Origin: Myxococcota bacterium
GTDB taxonomy: Bacteria; Myxococcota_A; SURF-8; G963663525
Length of the DNA: 58,420 bases
Direction: 5' to 3'
Assembly (NCBI GenBank): GCA_963676915.2
Contig: CAXXVK010000055.1
Coordinates: 1 to 58,420, forward strand
Part shown: one piece after another, positions 47,489-57,854 of the stretch
How the letters are laid out: each line of letters starts with the position of its first letter
Position numbering within the stretch: the first letter of the stretch is position 1
Translations under genes and position numbers: made by a program
Notes under the pieces: generated by a model
What the model saw: only the letters and a program-made list of their open reading frames with translations
Database searches by the model: none
What the model was told of the DNA's origin: nothing

Positions 47489-50452
47489 GTGATGCGCCGT
47501 TCGATCTTCGTACTATGGGCTTGTTTGGTAGGAATACTGGGACTGGTTTCCGCCTGTGATACGGTCACCGCCACCATGGGAGGCTTGATCGACAATGGCG
47601 ACAAGGACGTTGTCGCCGATGAGGACGAAACCGTCCCGACGGCGGATGTCGATGAGGCTGTGGAACTCGACGACGAGGCGGACACCCCCACCGAAGCGGA
47701 CGAAGTGGAAAACGACGCCGTGGACGAAGAACCGGTGGAGATCGAAGAAGACGCCTCTGACCCGGCCTCTTGCGAAACGTTCCTGGGTGAGTACTGCCCG
47801 GTAGTCACCGCAACGCTTTGCAGCGATCTCCTGAGCGTGAGTATACAGGCAAACTCGGACACAAGTTCCGAAAATCCTTACATTTTCGTCCTTCAGACCG
47901 CCTCGGGTCCGTGGCCGTTCGAAGTGCCCGACTGCACTGTCAGAAGTCTGCCGCTTGGCGATTGCACGCTGGGTTGGAATCCCGAGCAGCGCACCTTCCG
48001 AGCCGATTGCACGGGCGATGAAACCTGCGCTACCGACTACCGCGAGAACGAATGCGGAGGCGTGGACGGTGACGCAGAAGAAGTGGAAGCAGATGACGAT
48101 CCTGAAGAGGAGTGGGATTTCGAATGCGAGGAATGCACCCATTTTGTGGGGAATTATTGCGAATTGTCCGGGGATTGCATGATTTTCTCCAGCCTGCGGG
48201 TCGAACCTCGGGACGGCTCTTGCGGCTTCACGGTGATCGTCAACCGTGCCATCGGCGGTCCGCTGGAAATCGAAGTCGATAGCTGCCACAACTGGCAACA
48301 GAACGTCGATGTGGGCGCGGGACAGCAATGCCTCGTGGAATACGTCGCCGTTTCGGGCGAATGGACCGTCACCTGCACCGGGCAACTCGCCTGTGAATCC
48401 ACCTACACCCAAGACGCCTGCCATATGGTCGATGGCGATGCGGATGGCCTCGTTTGCGAAGGCTGCGAAACGTTTTCGGGAACCTACTGCGAAGGCGAAG
48501 GCGCCAACACCTGCGGCGTCCCTGAATTCGAAGTCGTGCCGGGTGCCGCCGAATGTCAGTGGGATATAGAAGCCAACATCATGGGCTACCCGATTTCCTA
48601 CTCGGTGGACGGCTGCGGCGACTGGTCGATGGAACAGATGGGCTGTTCTCTCCAATACACCGCCTCAACCGAGCATTTTTCCGTGAATTGTACGGGCTAC
48701 CTCAATTGCCAGTCCGACTTCTCGAAAGACTACTGTGCGGCGGTGGATGGCGACGAGGAAGAACCGTTGCCCGATTACCCCGAACTGGAACCGGACGATC
48801 CAGTCACCTGCACGGGGTGCGAAGATTTCCCCGGAACCTACTGCGAAGATGGAGAGGGACAATCCTGTAACCTACCCTATTTTGATGTCTACGCAGGAAC
48901 GGAAGACTGTGCGTTCATCGTTGCCGGGGAAATGATGGGGCAACCGCTATCCTACAATGTCAACGGCTGCGGAGCCATGAGCGAATCCATGTATGGCTGC
49001 AACGTTGTCTACGATCCCACGGTTGGGGAATTTTCGGTCGTTTGCAGCGGAATGCTCAACTGTCAGGCCACGTATTCGAAAGCGAACTGCGGCACGGTCG
49101 ATGGTGATGTAGACCCGGACGCAGATCTCGAAGAGGCGGCGGTGGTTTGCACGGGTTGCGATACCATGCAGTCTTATTACTGCGCCGAGCCGTCTCCGTC
49201 CCCCTGTGATTTCGTCGAATACATCGAGTTCGCAGCCGGTGAGGGGGACTGCTCCTACACCACCTGGCTGCGTGCGTTCAATCAGGAACTTCAATACGAA
49301 ATGAACGGCTGCGGCGACCAGTCCTGGGATGTCGGTATGTTCGGTTGCACGCTGCAATGGCTTCACGACGAGCAGGAATATCTTGGAGAATGCGATTCCT
49401 CCTACTTTACCTGCAGCCAGTTTTTCGCTGCCGGAACCGAATGCGCTCCCGAACCGGACGGCGACATCGACGACGATGTGGAAGTGGTCGATTGCGCCTA
49501 TTGCGATGGGTATCCCGGCGAGTATTGCAAGGGTTCCGGCGATTGCGAAAACGTGGTTTCCATAGGCATCGAAACCCTCGACGAGAACGCCTGCACATTT
49601 AACGTCACCATCGATCGGGTCGTCGGACAACCGGTTGAATTCACCGCCAGTGGTTGCGAAGACTGGAACCGTCTCGTGGATGTCGGCGGCGGCCAGGAAT
49701 GTCCCCTGACCTACGAAGCCTTAACGAAGGAATTCTCTCTCGACTGCGAAGGTTTCCAGGGTTGCTTCGCGATTTACGACCAGGAATCCTGCCAGGTGGA
49801 CGGCGACCAGGAAGGCGTCGTCTGTACCGGTTGCGAAGCCTTTGCCGACCGCTACTGCGAGTTGCAGAGTTCGACCAGTTGCGGCGTGGATTACTTCGAT
49901 GTCATAACGGACGGCGAATGTAGCTGGCTGATCGAAGGTAACGTGCAGGGCTTCCCGATTTCCTATCCGGTCGAAGGTTGCGGCGACTGGCAGACCGAGC
50001 AATACGGCTGCGTCATCACCTACGATTCGGCAACACAGACATTCGCTGCGGACTGCAATTCGCCGTACATGACCTGCGAATCCGAGTTCGCCGTTCGATA
50101 CTGCGATGTTCCCGACGGCGACCTTGTAGAAGACGATACGGACGGGGAAGATCCGCAGGTCTGTGCGGGTTGCGAGGAATTTTCGGGCTCCTATTGCGAG
50201 GTCGAAAGCCAGAATGCCTGCGGCGTCGATGAATTTTCCGTCACGCAAACGGGAACCTGCGCCTGGAACGTTTCCGGTTCGTTGAGAGGATTCCCGCTGT
50301 CTTACGACATCGATGGCTGTGGAGACTGGCAACAGGAACAGATGGGGTGTACCTTTACGTACACGGCAGCAACACAGCAATTCGGTATGGCCTGCTCCAA
50401 TATCCTGCTCGACTGTACTTCGGACTTTTCCAAGACGGTTTGTGCTCCTTGA
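47489..50452 (+). CDS. Lipoprotein with eight ~100-aa Cys-rich repeats
   Basis: Lipobox VSAC, acidic stalk, then repeats CxxCxxFxGxYC...C...C...GCxDW...GC..Y...C...C...C separated by DGD linkers. Confidence 0.85.
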   Translation: MMRRSIFVLWACLVGILGLVSACDTVTATMGGLIDNGDKDVVADEDETVPTADVDEAVELDDEADTPTEADEVENDAVDEEPVEIEEDASDPASCETFLGEYCPVVTATLCSDLLSVSIQANSDTSSENPYIFVLQTASGPWPFEVPDCTVRSLPLGDCTLGWNPEQRTFRADCTGDETCATDYRENECGGVDGDAEEVEADDDPEEEWDFECEECTHFVGNYCELSGDCMIFSSLRVEPRDGSCGFTVIVNRAIGGPLEIEVDSCHNWQQNVDVGAGQQCLVEYVAVSGEWTVTCTGQLACESTYTQDACHMVDGDADGLVCEGCETFSGTYCEGEGANTCGVPEFEVVPGAAECQWDIEANIMGYPISYSVDGCGDWSMEQMGCSLQYTASTEHFSVNCTGYLNCQSDFSKDYCAAVDGDEEEPLPDYPELEPDDPVTCTGCEDFPGTYCEDGEGQSCNLPYFDVYAGTEDCAFIVAGEMMGQPLSYNVNGCGAMSESMYGCNVVYDPTVGEFSVVCSGMLNCQATYSKANCGTVDGDVDPDADLEEAAVVCTGCDTMQSYYCAEPSPSPCDFVEYIEFAAGEGDCSYTTWLRAFNQELQYEMNGCGDQSWDVGMFGCTLQWLHDEQEYLGECDSSYFTCSQFFAAGTECAPEPDGDIDDDVEVVDCAYCDGYPGEYCKGSGDCENVVSIGIETLDENACTFNVTIDRVVGQPVEFTASGCEDWNRLVDVGGGQECPLTYEALTKEFSLDCEGFQGCFAIYDQESCQVDGDQEGVVCTGCEAFADRYCELQSSTSCGVDYFDVITDGECSWLIEGNVQGFPISYPVEGCGDWQTEQYGCVITYDSATQTFAADCNSPYMTCESEFAVRYCDVPDGDLVEDDTDGEDPQVCAGCEEFSGSYCEVESQNACGVDEFSVTQTGTCAWNVSGSLRGFPLSYDIDGCGDWQQEQMGCTFTYTAATQQFGMACSNILLDCTSDFSKTVCAP

Positions 50453-50540
50453 CAAGTTGCTTTTTTTTAGAAGCAGCGCTACACTGCCCACGTTTTCCAA
50501 AAGGGGACGGGGCGAACTTTTTCGATGATACGGTGAACTT

Positions 50541-50942
50541 ATGGGTAAGATTGCACAACTTTTCGCAGTATGGATCGTTCTTTCGGTATTGGTTCTGAAT
50601 GCCTGCCAGGAGCCGGACGATATCGTGGTCAAGGGCGAGTGCCTGACGGACGAACAGTGCCAGGGCCGATACAAAAATAAAACCTATCACTGCAACGATC
50701 AGTTCGCCTGCGAGGCGTTGTCCTGCACCGAACATAAGGAATGTTGGACAAAAGCCCAGGACATCACCTATTACTGCGACGACAGCGGAGCCACAGCGGT
50801 TTGTACGCCGTTCAAATGCGAAAACGACGGCGATTGCGTCGAGCGTTTCGGCACCACCGAGTTCGTCTGCAACCTGGATTCGAAAACCTGCGAATTGTCC
50901 GAGCCTGAATCGGTACAACCCGCAGAAGACAAAATCCTGTAG
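50541..50942 (+). CDS. Small Cys-rich lipoprotein
   Basis: Lipobox LNAC; three C-x4-C...YxC...C modules. Confidence 0.78.
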   Translation: MGKIAQLFAVWIVLSVLVLNACQEPDDIVVKGECLTDEQCQGRYKNKTYHCNDQFACEALSCTEHKECWTKAQDITYYCDDSGATAVCTPFKCENDGDCVERFGTTEFVCNLDSKTCELSEPESVQPAEDKIL

Positions 50943-51079
50943 CTCCGACTTCCAAAGCAAACATGTGCAGGGATTGGTACATCAAAACGAAGTGATGATT
51001 TGCCTGTAATTTTCGCGACTTTCTGAAATCTAAGTCGCAGGTCAGGCTAAATTCTTGCCCCTGATTGGAGTTCTTCCGA

Positions 51080-53683
51080 TTACCAGTTGATGTTGTCTTC
51101 CACCTTCGATCGAATCCGGCGGCGCAGGTTCCAGCTTGTGAATTCCCCGGCATAAAGGTAGCGGTAGGTCGAGGCGACTTTCAGCACTTTTTTCACGTAG
51201 TTACGTGTCTGGCTGAAGGGGATGGACTCGACAAAGGCATCCCACGAGAGATGGCGGTTGTCGGCCAGCCAGCGTTCTACGTTATGCGGACCGCCATTGT
51301 AAGAGGCAATCGCGAGGGGCCATTGTCCCTGGAATTTCTTCAGCAATTCTCCCAGATACCACAAACCGTATCGAATGCTGGTTTCGGGATCGTAGAGATC
51401 GGCCTGCCGAAAAGTGTCCGCTTCCCCCAATCGGGCGGCGATTTTCTTGCCGGTCATCGGCATGATCTGCATCAGCCCCACCGCTCCGACGTTGGATACG
51501 ACATCCGGCCGAAACCCGCTTTCCGTACGCATGATGGCCAGTGCCAGTTCCAGCGGAACATCGTAGCGCAGGGCGTAATGGTGAATGGTGTCGAAATAGG
51601 GAACGGGATAACGGTATCGATAATGATGCTTGGGATCTTGCTTTCGCAATTCCTTGCCACGAAGAAGATGGACGGCGATGCGGTAGGCGTCGGATTCATC
51701 TCCGATGGAACGTGCATACAACAACAGCGCCCAGGATAATGTCTCCCGATGTTTGAGCAGGTAGTCCCGATGAGCGTTTCTGCGGGTGGTTTGTTCCGGG
51801 GATTCGCCGTCCAGCGCTTTTGTGCCGTTTTTCATCGCTTTCAGCAGGTTTTTCAGGTGATGGCGCAATTCTTCACGGGCTTCCCGATTCACACCGAGAC
51901 GACTCCAAGCCAGAGAAGACGCCAAGTGGGGGAAGTGCTTGAAACTGCGGCTGGATGTCTCCAGAAATTTCCGGGCATCCTGAACCTTTTTATGAGAAGC
52001 ATTCGCCTCACCAAGCCACCGCCGCATGGAACTTGCCATGGTTTCTTCTTTCCAGGGACTCCATTTGCGGTATTTTTTCCGAATCTTGCGCCAGGTACCA
52101 TACCCGGAACGACGAGGTTCTTTCCCATAAACTTCGTTGCGGCCTTCCTCTTCGATTCGCAAACGAAAAGCCGCTGCGAGACGATAATAGCTGAAACGGT
52201 TCTGCGTCGAGAGCTCAAGCAGTTCCGACAGGGCTTTGTCGGTTTCTCCCATGTGCAGTTTCGCTCGGGCGATGTAATACTTCGTCGCCGCACGATACCC
52301 GGAATGCCGAGAGCGTTTTCGTAAGGTTTCCCAGTGCTTGACGGCTTCGGGATAGCGTCCGTCACGGTAGGCGTACCACCCCGCAAACCAAAGTGCTTTG
52401 TTGCGATTGCGGCGGGTATCGGCCATGTATTCGACGAGTCGTTCGTAGGCTTCCCCGAAGCGCTGATCTTCTCCGAGAATCCACGCGGCCAGAAAACGTG
52501 CCGAGGCTGCAGCCTGTCCGCTCTTTTTGCTAGCCAATCGATCATAGGTTTGGGAAGCTTTTTGCAATTGTCCCAGCCGGGAATAGGCTTTCGCCATCCC
52601 TTTGAGATCGCCACGCTTACGGAAAATCTCCAAAGATTCCTTGTAGTTCTGTTGCCTGACCAGACAATTGCCTACAACCAGATGCAAATCCCGGTCGATT
52701 TCAGGAAGATAGTCGGCATGGCCTTCGGGAACGCGAGAACGGTAGCGTTCGACGGCTTGCACGGCGTCGTCCAGGCGGCCGGTCCAGTACAGATGCGAGA
52801 CGAAATCCACAGCTTCCTTGCCATACGGAGGATCGGTGTTGTGCCCACCATGCTGCAACGCCACCAAGCGCTCATGAGCTTCCGGATATTCGGGGAAATC
52901 GACATGGTATAGATCGATTTTTCGTAGAATTTCGATTTCTTGCGCACGATTTCCCTTTTCACGCTCTATCCGACTTTTCAGCCACAGCAGCCCGGCGATG
53001 TCCTCGTGTTCTTCGTGCACCCCGAGCAACCGGCGCAATTCCTCGGCAGCTTCGACTCCCCGCCCGCTTTTCCACAGACACTCCACGCGCAGACGTGCGG
53101 CGGGAACGTTGTACCGGCTGTCGTTCCGATCGAATACGTGATTGAAATGCTGCAACGCCTGTTCGTATCGCCCCAGATTCATCAAGGTCTGACCGATGAA
53201 ATAATGCAGACTCACCGATATTTCCTGAAAATTTTCAAGGGCTTCGGTCAGATAAGGCAAGGCCTGCTCGAAAGCTCCGGTATGCTGATAGGCCATTCCG
53301 AGCAACAACGGACAGGTGGGTTGATCGAAACGTTCCCGATTCCATAGACAGCAGGATTCGATGTAAGGCAACGCTTCTTTCCATGCGCCTCGGTCGATCT
53401 CGTCCCGTGCGACCTCGAAGGCATCTTCCGGTTCCAGCAACATCGCCGCCGAAAGAGAATCGGCGGGAGGCAACGAGGATTGCAGCGGTTGCGACGTGGA
53501 CTGAATCGACAACTCCAGACCGGGAATCGTCAATCCAACGCCCGCTGCTTGACTGTACGGTCCGCGCTCCAATAAAACATGTGGAACGCAGGCCAGAGGA
53601 AACAGCAGGACGATCAGCAACCATGGGCCGATAGTTGCGAAGGTTCCCAGTCGGGATTTATCAAACGGTTTCAATGGGTTCAT
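51080..53683 (-). CDS. Soluble lytic transglycosylase (Slt70-like) with TPR repeats
   Basis: AIMRTESGF, SNVGAVGLMQIMP, ASYNGG, ESIPFSQTRNYVKKV; TPR-rich N-terminus; lipobox PLAC. Confidence 0.92.
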   Translation of the reverse strand: MNPLKPFDKSRLGTFATIGPWLLIVLLFPLACVPHVLLERGPYSQAAGVGLTIPGLELSIQSTSQPLQSSLPPADSLSAAMLLEPEDAFEVARDEIDRGAWKEALPYIESCCLWNRERFDQPTCPLLLGMAYQHTGAFEQALPYLTEALENFQEISVSLHYFIGQTLMNLGRYEQALQHFNHVFDRNDSRYNVPAARLRVECLWKSGRGVEAAEELRRLLGVHEEHEDIAGLLWLKSRIEREKGNRAQEIEILRKIDLYHVDFPEYPEAHERLVALQHGGHNTDPPYGKEAVDFVSHLYWTGRLDDAVQAVERYRSRVPEGHADYLPEIDRDLHLVVGNCLVRQQNYKESLEIFRKRGDLKGMAKAYSRLGQLQKASQTYDRLASKKSGQAAASARFLAAWILGEDQRFGEAYERLVEYMADTRRNRNKALWFAGWYAYRDGRYPEAVKHWETLRKRSRHSGYRAATKYYIARAKLHMGETDKALSELLELSTQNRFSYYRLAAAFRLRIEEEGRNEVYGKEPRRSGYGTWRKIRKKYRKWSPWKEETMASSMRRWLGEANASHKKVQDARKFLETSSRSFKHFPHLASSLAWSRLGVNREAREELRHHLKNLLKAMKNGTKALDGESPEQTTRRNAHRDYLLKHRETLSWALLLYARSIGDESDAYRIAVHLLRGKELRKQDPKHHYRYRYPVPYFDTIHHYALRYDVPLELALAIMRTESGFRPDVVSNVGAVGLMQIMPMTGKKIAARLGEADTFRQADLYDPETSIRYGLWYLGELLKKFQGQWPLAIASYNGGPHNVERWLADNRHLSWDAFVESIPFSQTRNYVKKVLKVASTYRYLYAGEFTSWNLRRRIRSKVEDNINW

Positions 53684-54059
53684 AGTGGCCCGAGTTTGGT
53701 TTCTCTATCGAAAAAGTCGATGAAAAATATATAGTGAATGTAACAAAATCTCCCCAAGGAATCAAGATTGAGGTATGGAAAGAATGTGAATTTTTTCTCT
53801 GGAAACAAGCCGTCGATCAACGTTTTCAAACGAGCGTAGCAACATAACGTTAACCCACTGTAATTTCAGTCCTTTTCAGTCGTACATACCAACTCTTTCG
53901 CATCGCACTTTGAAGTTCCCCACATTTCCAGTCACACTTTCTGCTGCTTGATATCACATGAACCGAAATTCTTTTTGCTAGGATTTGCCTATCCAACACG
54001 GTATAGTGCATACCATCGTTACCTTTCCGTTGAATATTCTGTTTTTACGGGTGTTTACC

Positions 54060-55217
54060 ATGAAGCGATTTATGACGATCTGGACGTTTTCTTTTGTTCT
54101 TATTCTTTGTATTTCGTGCGATTCCGGTTCCGATTCCAATGGACCTCCAGCGGATCTTGACCGGGATATCGTCGAATTCGAGGAGCAATTCACCGAGACG
54201 GACTCGGAACACGTTGCAGACATTGACGTTGACATCGAGGTTGAGGACGACGGCGATGTTTCGTCCGAACAAGAAGAGGATTCCTCTGAAATCACCGATA
54301 CAACGGAAGAAGAACAGGGCTGCAATCCGATAGCTCCTCAATTCCTATCCAATCTTAACAGCGAGAACGCCAGAGATGTTTTCATTCTCGACAACATTGC
54401 CTACATTGCGGATAGCAGCAAGGGCTTGCTTATCGTGGACATCAGCAATCTGTTATCGCCTCATCTGCTTGGTTCAATCGCAACACCCCGCCTGGCGATG
54501 AGCGTTTTCGTTGCAAACGGGGTAGCTTATGTTTCGGCCTACGGGAGCGGACTGAAGATCATCGATGTCAGCAACCCCTCTTCTCCGGTACTGCTCGGTA
54601 GCCTGGATACAAGCGGAAGCGGAGGCGGAATTTTCGTCAAAGATTCCTACGCTTATATCGCAGATGGAGACAGCGGTTTGAAAATCGTGAACGTCAGCGA
54701 TCCTACATCACCGGAATTGGAAGGAAAATTCAACACGTCGGGATCGGCTTTGAACGTGGTCGTAGAAGGTCAATACGCCTATATTTCCGATAAAACCGGG
54801 TTGCAAATCCTAAACGTCAGCAATCCTTCGGTCCCCGTGCTTGCCGGGAACTATTACGACTCGTCCGATGAATTCCGTAGCCTGTTCATCAAAGACAATC
54901 TTGCATTCATCGCTACGTGCAACACCGGACTGTTGATCGTCGATGTCAGCAATCCCACCACACCTTCGAAAGTAAGTAGTTTCAATGACTTGGACTATGC
55001 CTATATCGTCGGTGTTTCCGTAATGGACGATAGAGCCTACCTGGCAGACTACGGTGGAAATCTACAAATCGTGGATGTTAGCGATCCTGCACAGCCAAAC
55101 TTTGTCACAAAGTTCGAAACGGAGTGCGCCAAGGATGTGTTCGTAGAAGACGGGTTGGCTTACGTGGCAGACGGCGAAGACGGTTTGCAAATTCTCCGTG
55201 TCGCCACTTGCCAATAG
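54060..55217 (+). CDS. LVIVD-repeat lipoprotein
   Basis: Repeated AYIAD..GL.IVDVSNP blades; lipobox CISC; acidic stalk. Confidence 0.9.
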   Translation: MKRFMTIWTFSFVLILCISCDSGSDSNGPPADLDRDIVEFEEQFTETDSEHVADIDVDIEVEDDGDVSSEQEEDSSEITDTTEEEQGCNPIAPQFLSNLNSENARDVFILDNIAYIADSSKGLLIVDISNLLSPHLLGSIATPRLAMSVFVANGVAYVSAYGSGLKIIDVSNPSSPVLLGSLDTSGSGGGIFVKDSYAYIADGDSGLKIVNVSDPTSPELEGKFNTSGSALNVVVEGQYAYISDKTGLQILNVSNPSVPVLAGNYYDSSDEFRSLFIKDNLAFIATCNTGLLIVDVSNPTTPSKVSSFNDLDYAYIVGVSVMDDRAYLADYGGNLQIVDVSDPAQPNFVTKFETECAKDVFVEDGLAYVADGEDGLQILRVATCQ

Positions 55218-55304
55218 GAAAATGGTTCTTCTTCGATTTCAGTTTGTGGTGCCAAGGTGTCGGGCAAATTTCTTGCCCGACCTGCCTGTGTAATCGAAAA
55301 TTCT

Positions 55305-56084
55305 TTATTTTCGCCAGTTTACATGATGAACGCTGGCCTGGTCGATGGACTGGATGACAATTTCGTCGATGTTGACGTGCGGCGGTCGCAAGGCTGACCA
55401 GACCACGGTTTCGGCGATATCTTCGGCTTCCAGCGGGATCAATTTGTCGTAAAAACGTTGCGCGCTTTCCTCGTCACCACCGTTGATGACCTTGGCGAAT
55501 TCGGTGCGTACAAGGCCGGGAGAAATGTTCGTCACCCGGATGTTTTTCCCCAGCAGATCCATGCGCAAAGCGCGGGAAAGCGCCGTCACGGCGTGTTTGG
55601 TCGCACTGTACACGTTGCCGGTGGGGTACATGTCGTGTCCCGAGTTGGACCCAATGTTGATAATGTGCCCGAAATCCCGCTCGATCATTCCCGGTAGCAC
55701 ACTGCGGGTCACAGTCAACAAGCCTTTGATGTTTGTATCGATCATCTGTTCCCACTGGTCGAGATCTCCATCCTGGATTTTACCCAACCCAAGACCTACT
55801 CCGGCGTTGTTCACCAACAGGTCCACGCGCTTCCAGATGCGCGGTAGTTTTTCGAGTTTTTCGACCACTTCATCTTTTTTAGAAATGTCCAACTCTACCG
55901 TATGGATACCGACATCGTAGGTATTGACGATCTGCTCGGCCAGTTCTTCCATGCGGTCCAATCGACGTCCGACCAGTACGAGAAACATGTCTTTGGCGGC
56001 AAGCGCACGGGCGCAGGCTTGACCGATACCGCTCGAAGCACCGGTAATCAGGGCGACTTTTCCATCCAGGGGGTTCGGAGTCAT
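55305..56084 (-). CDS. SDR family oxidoreductase (YdfG-like)
   Basis: ITGASSGIG, LVNNAG, YSATK, ISPGLVRTEF, PPHVNI. Confidence 0.92.
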   Translation of the reverse strand: MTPNPLDGKVALITGASSGIGQACARALAAKDMFLVLVGRRLDRMEELAEQIVNTYDVGIHTVELDISKKDEVVEKLEKLPRIWKRVDLLVNNAGVGLGLGKIQDGDLDQWEQMIDTNIKGLLTVTRSVLPGMIERDFGHIINIGSNSGHDMYPTGNVYSATKHAVTALSRALRMDLLGKNIRVTNISPGLVRTEFAKVINGGDEESAQRFYDKLIPLEAEDIAETVVWSALRPPHVNIDEIVIQSIDQASVHHVNWRK

Positions 56085-56348
56085 GACATGTCCTTTCGTC
56101 GTTTTCTCGTACAAGATTCGGGCAATGGTCGCATACGACATCGAAACGCCGCGCCGAGTGTTTTCAAATTGCGTCCTAACCCCGAAAGGTCAAGTTCAGA
56201 TTTACGATCTTTCTTCCCAATGAAGTTGCATTTCGAAATTCAGGGGCAATGGTTGTTTTTCAGGAAGGCAGGAAAAGCGTTGACCTATCGAACGAAATGT
56301 GACAAAAAGCCGCCAACGATTGAAAAAGGCTCAAGAAAGGGAAAAACC

Positions 56349-56822
56349 ATGCATAAAACTCTCGTATTGATCAAACCCGATGCCATGCAACGCGGACTGG
56401 CGGGAAAAATCATCACCCGTTTCGAAGAAAAAGGGTTGAAACTCGTTGGTGCGAAACTGATGCAACTCGACGACGATCTGCTGTCCCGCCACTATGCCCA
56501 TTTGGCCGACAAGCCGTTTTTCGGGGAAATCCGCGACTTTATGAAAAGCAGCCCCGTCTTGGCCATGTGCTGGTACGGATTGGATTCCGTGGCTACCGTT
56601 CGCCGCATCTGTGGAATCACGCTGGCCCGCGAAGCCAATCCCGGAACCATCCGAGGCGATTTCGGCATGTCGATCCAGTGCAACCTCGTCCATGCCAGCG
56701 AAGACGAAGAGAACGCCGAGAAGGAATTGGCGCTGTTCTTCAAAGACGGCGAAATTTTCGATTATCCGGTAAAACTTTACACGTCGCTGTATTCAGAGCG
56801 CGAACAGGGCGATCTCAAGTAA
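56349..56822 (+). CDS. ndk: Nucleoside diphosphate kinase
   Basis: TLVLIKPDAMQRGL, HYAHL..KPFF, PGTIRGDF, NLVHAS. Confidence 0.96.
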   Translation: MHKTLVLIKPDAMQRGLAGKIITRFEEKGLKLVGAKLMQLDDDLLSRHYAHLADKPFFGEIRDFMKSSPVLAMCWYGLDSVATVRRICGITLAREANPGTIRGDFGMSIQCNLVHASEDEENAEKELALFFKDGEIFDYPVKLYTSLYSEREQGDLK

Positions 56823-57068
56823 CCCTTCGTTGTTTCGGAAGCCACTGGCGCATTCAAAAAAGGCGACATCGCGGAACGGGCGTGAACGTCCGACGGTCGA
56901 TGGCGTCTTTTTGCGTTTGAGAGGGAAAACGAAACTTGAAAAATTGGACCATTAGCAGTATGATGCTTGATCAAGAATATTCAGGATTGAAAAGTGTCTT
57001 TTCGATATCTTCTTCAAAGAATGTATTGGAAGGCTTCTTGCTGTACTAATCACCCGATTGGGAAAACC

Positions 57069-57440
57069 ATGAAAGATTATCGTATGTGGGGCAATCGTCG
57101 AGGCAGTGGAAAAATTGAAAGTTTCGTAATGCTGGCCTTCGCTCTAGCTGTGGTTCTTGTCGTCGGTCGCCTCGTGCCGATTTATTACGATAAATACCAA
57201 GTAAACAAAACATTGTCGAGGGTGGCTGAAATTTCCAAAATGGAAGACACCGACGAATCTATAGTATTTCGCATTCAAAGTCATTTCCAAGATCGGGGAC
57301 TACCCAATATGGACCCCGAATTGCTCGAAATCAAACGGGCTCATAACGTTCTGGTTTTGCAGTACGAATTCATTCAGGAAATGGATTATCCCGTTGTCGG
57401 GACCGTTCACACCTTCCATTTCAATACGTCGAGCCGGTAG
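57069..57440 (+). CDS. DUF4845-like single-TM protein
   Basis: Pilin-like leader (RRGSG), hydrophobic helix, LVPIYYDKYQV pattern. Confidence 0.55.
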   Translation: MKDYRMWGNRRGSGKIESFVMLAFALAVVLVVGRLVPIYYDKYQVNKTLSRVAEISKMEDTDESIVFRIQSHFQDRGLPNMDPELLEIKRAHNVLVLQYEFIQEMDYPVVGTVHTFHFNTSSR

Positions 57441-57445
57441 ATACG

Positions 57446-57769
57446 ATGTTTTTCGATGCTACATCTTTTGAGCCGGTCGAGGTTCTGCCAGGACTGACTC
57501 GCCGTTATCTCGGACACGGAAAGCGCATTTTGGGAGTCGAGTTCGTGATCGCACCCGGCGTGGCGATTCCCGCTCATAGTCATCCTTACGAGCAGGCAGG
57601 GTACCTCGTTCAAGGCAAAGGGAAAATGCGAATCGGCGACGAGTGGCGCGACGTGCAGACCGGTGCTTCCTATGTCATCGCCGAGGATGTCGAGCACGAA
57701 TTCATCGCGGAAGAACCAACCACCGTCATCGATTTCTTCTCACCGCCTCGCGAGGACTACCAACCTTAA
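57446..57769 (+). CDS. Cupin domain protein
   Basis: HSHPYEQAGYLVQG...VEH...IDFFSPPREDY. Confidence 0.9.
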   Translation: MFFDATSFEPVEVLPGLTRRYLGHGKRILGVEFVIAPGVAIPAHSHPYEQAGYLVQGKGKMRIGDEWRDVQTGASYVIAEDVEHEFIAEEPTTVIDFFSPPREDYQP

Positions 57770-57796
57770 GGTTGTGTTTTTAAAACGGATTCCTGA

Positions 57797-57839
57797 AATA
57801 AAAAAGAAGCCGCCCGTAATAGGCGGCTTCTTTTATTTT
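57797..57839. terminator. Bidirectional intrinsic terminator
   Basis: AAAAGAAGCCGCC-loop-GGCGGCTTCTTTT between convergent genes. Confidence 0.88.
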
Positions 57840-57854
57840 ATCGATACCTCTCGA

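Noticed and set aside
55902-56348. Apparent 149-aa N-terminal extension of Ndk
   Set aside because: It overlaps the divergent SDR gene; an RBS-like AAGGGA and the family N-terminus place the start at 56349.
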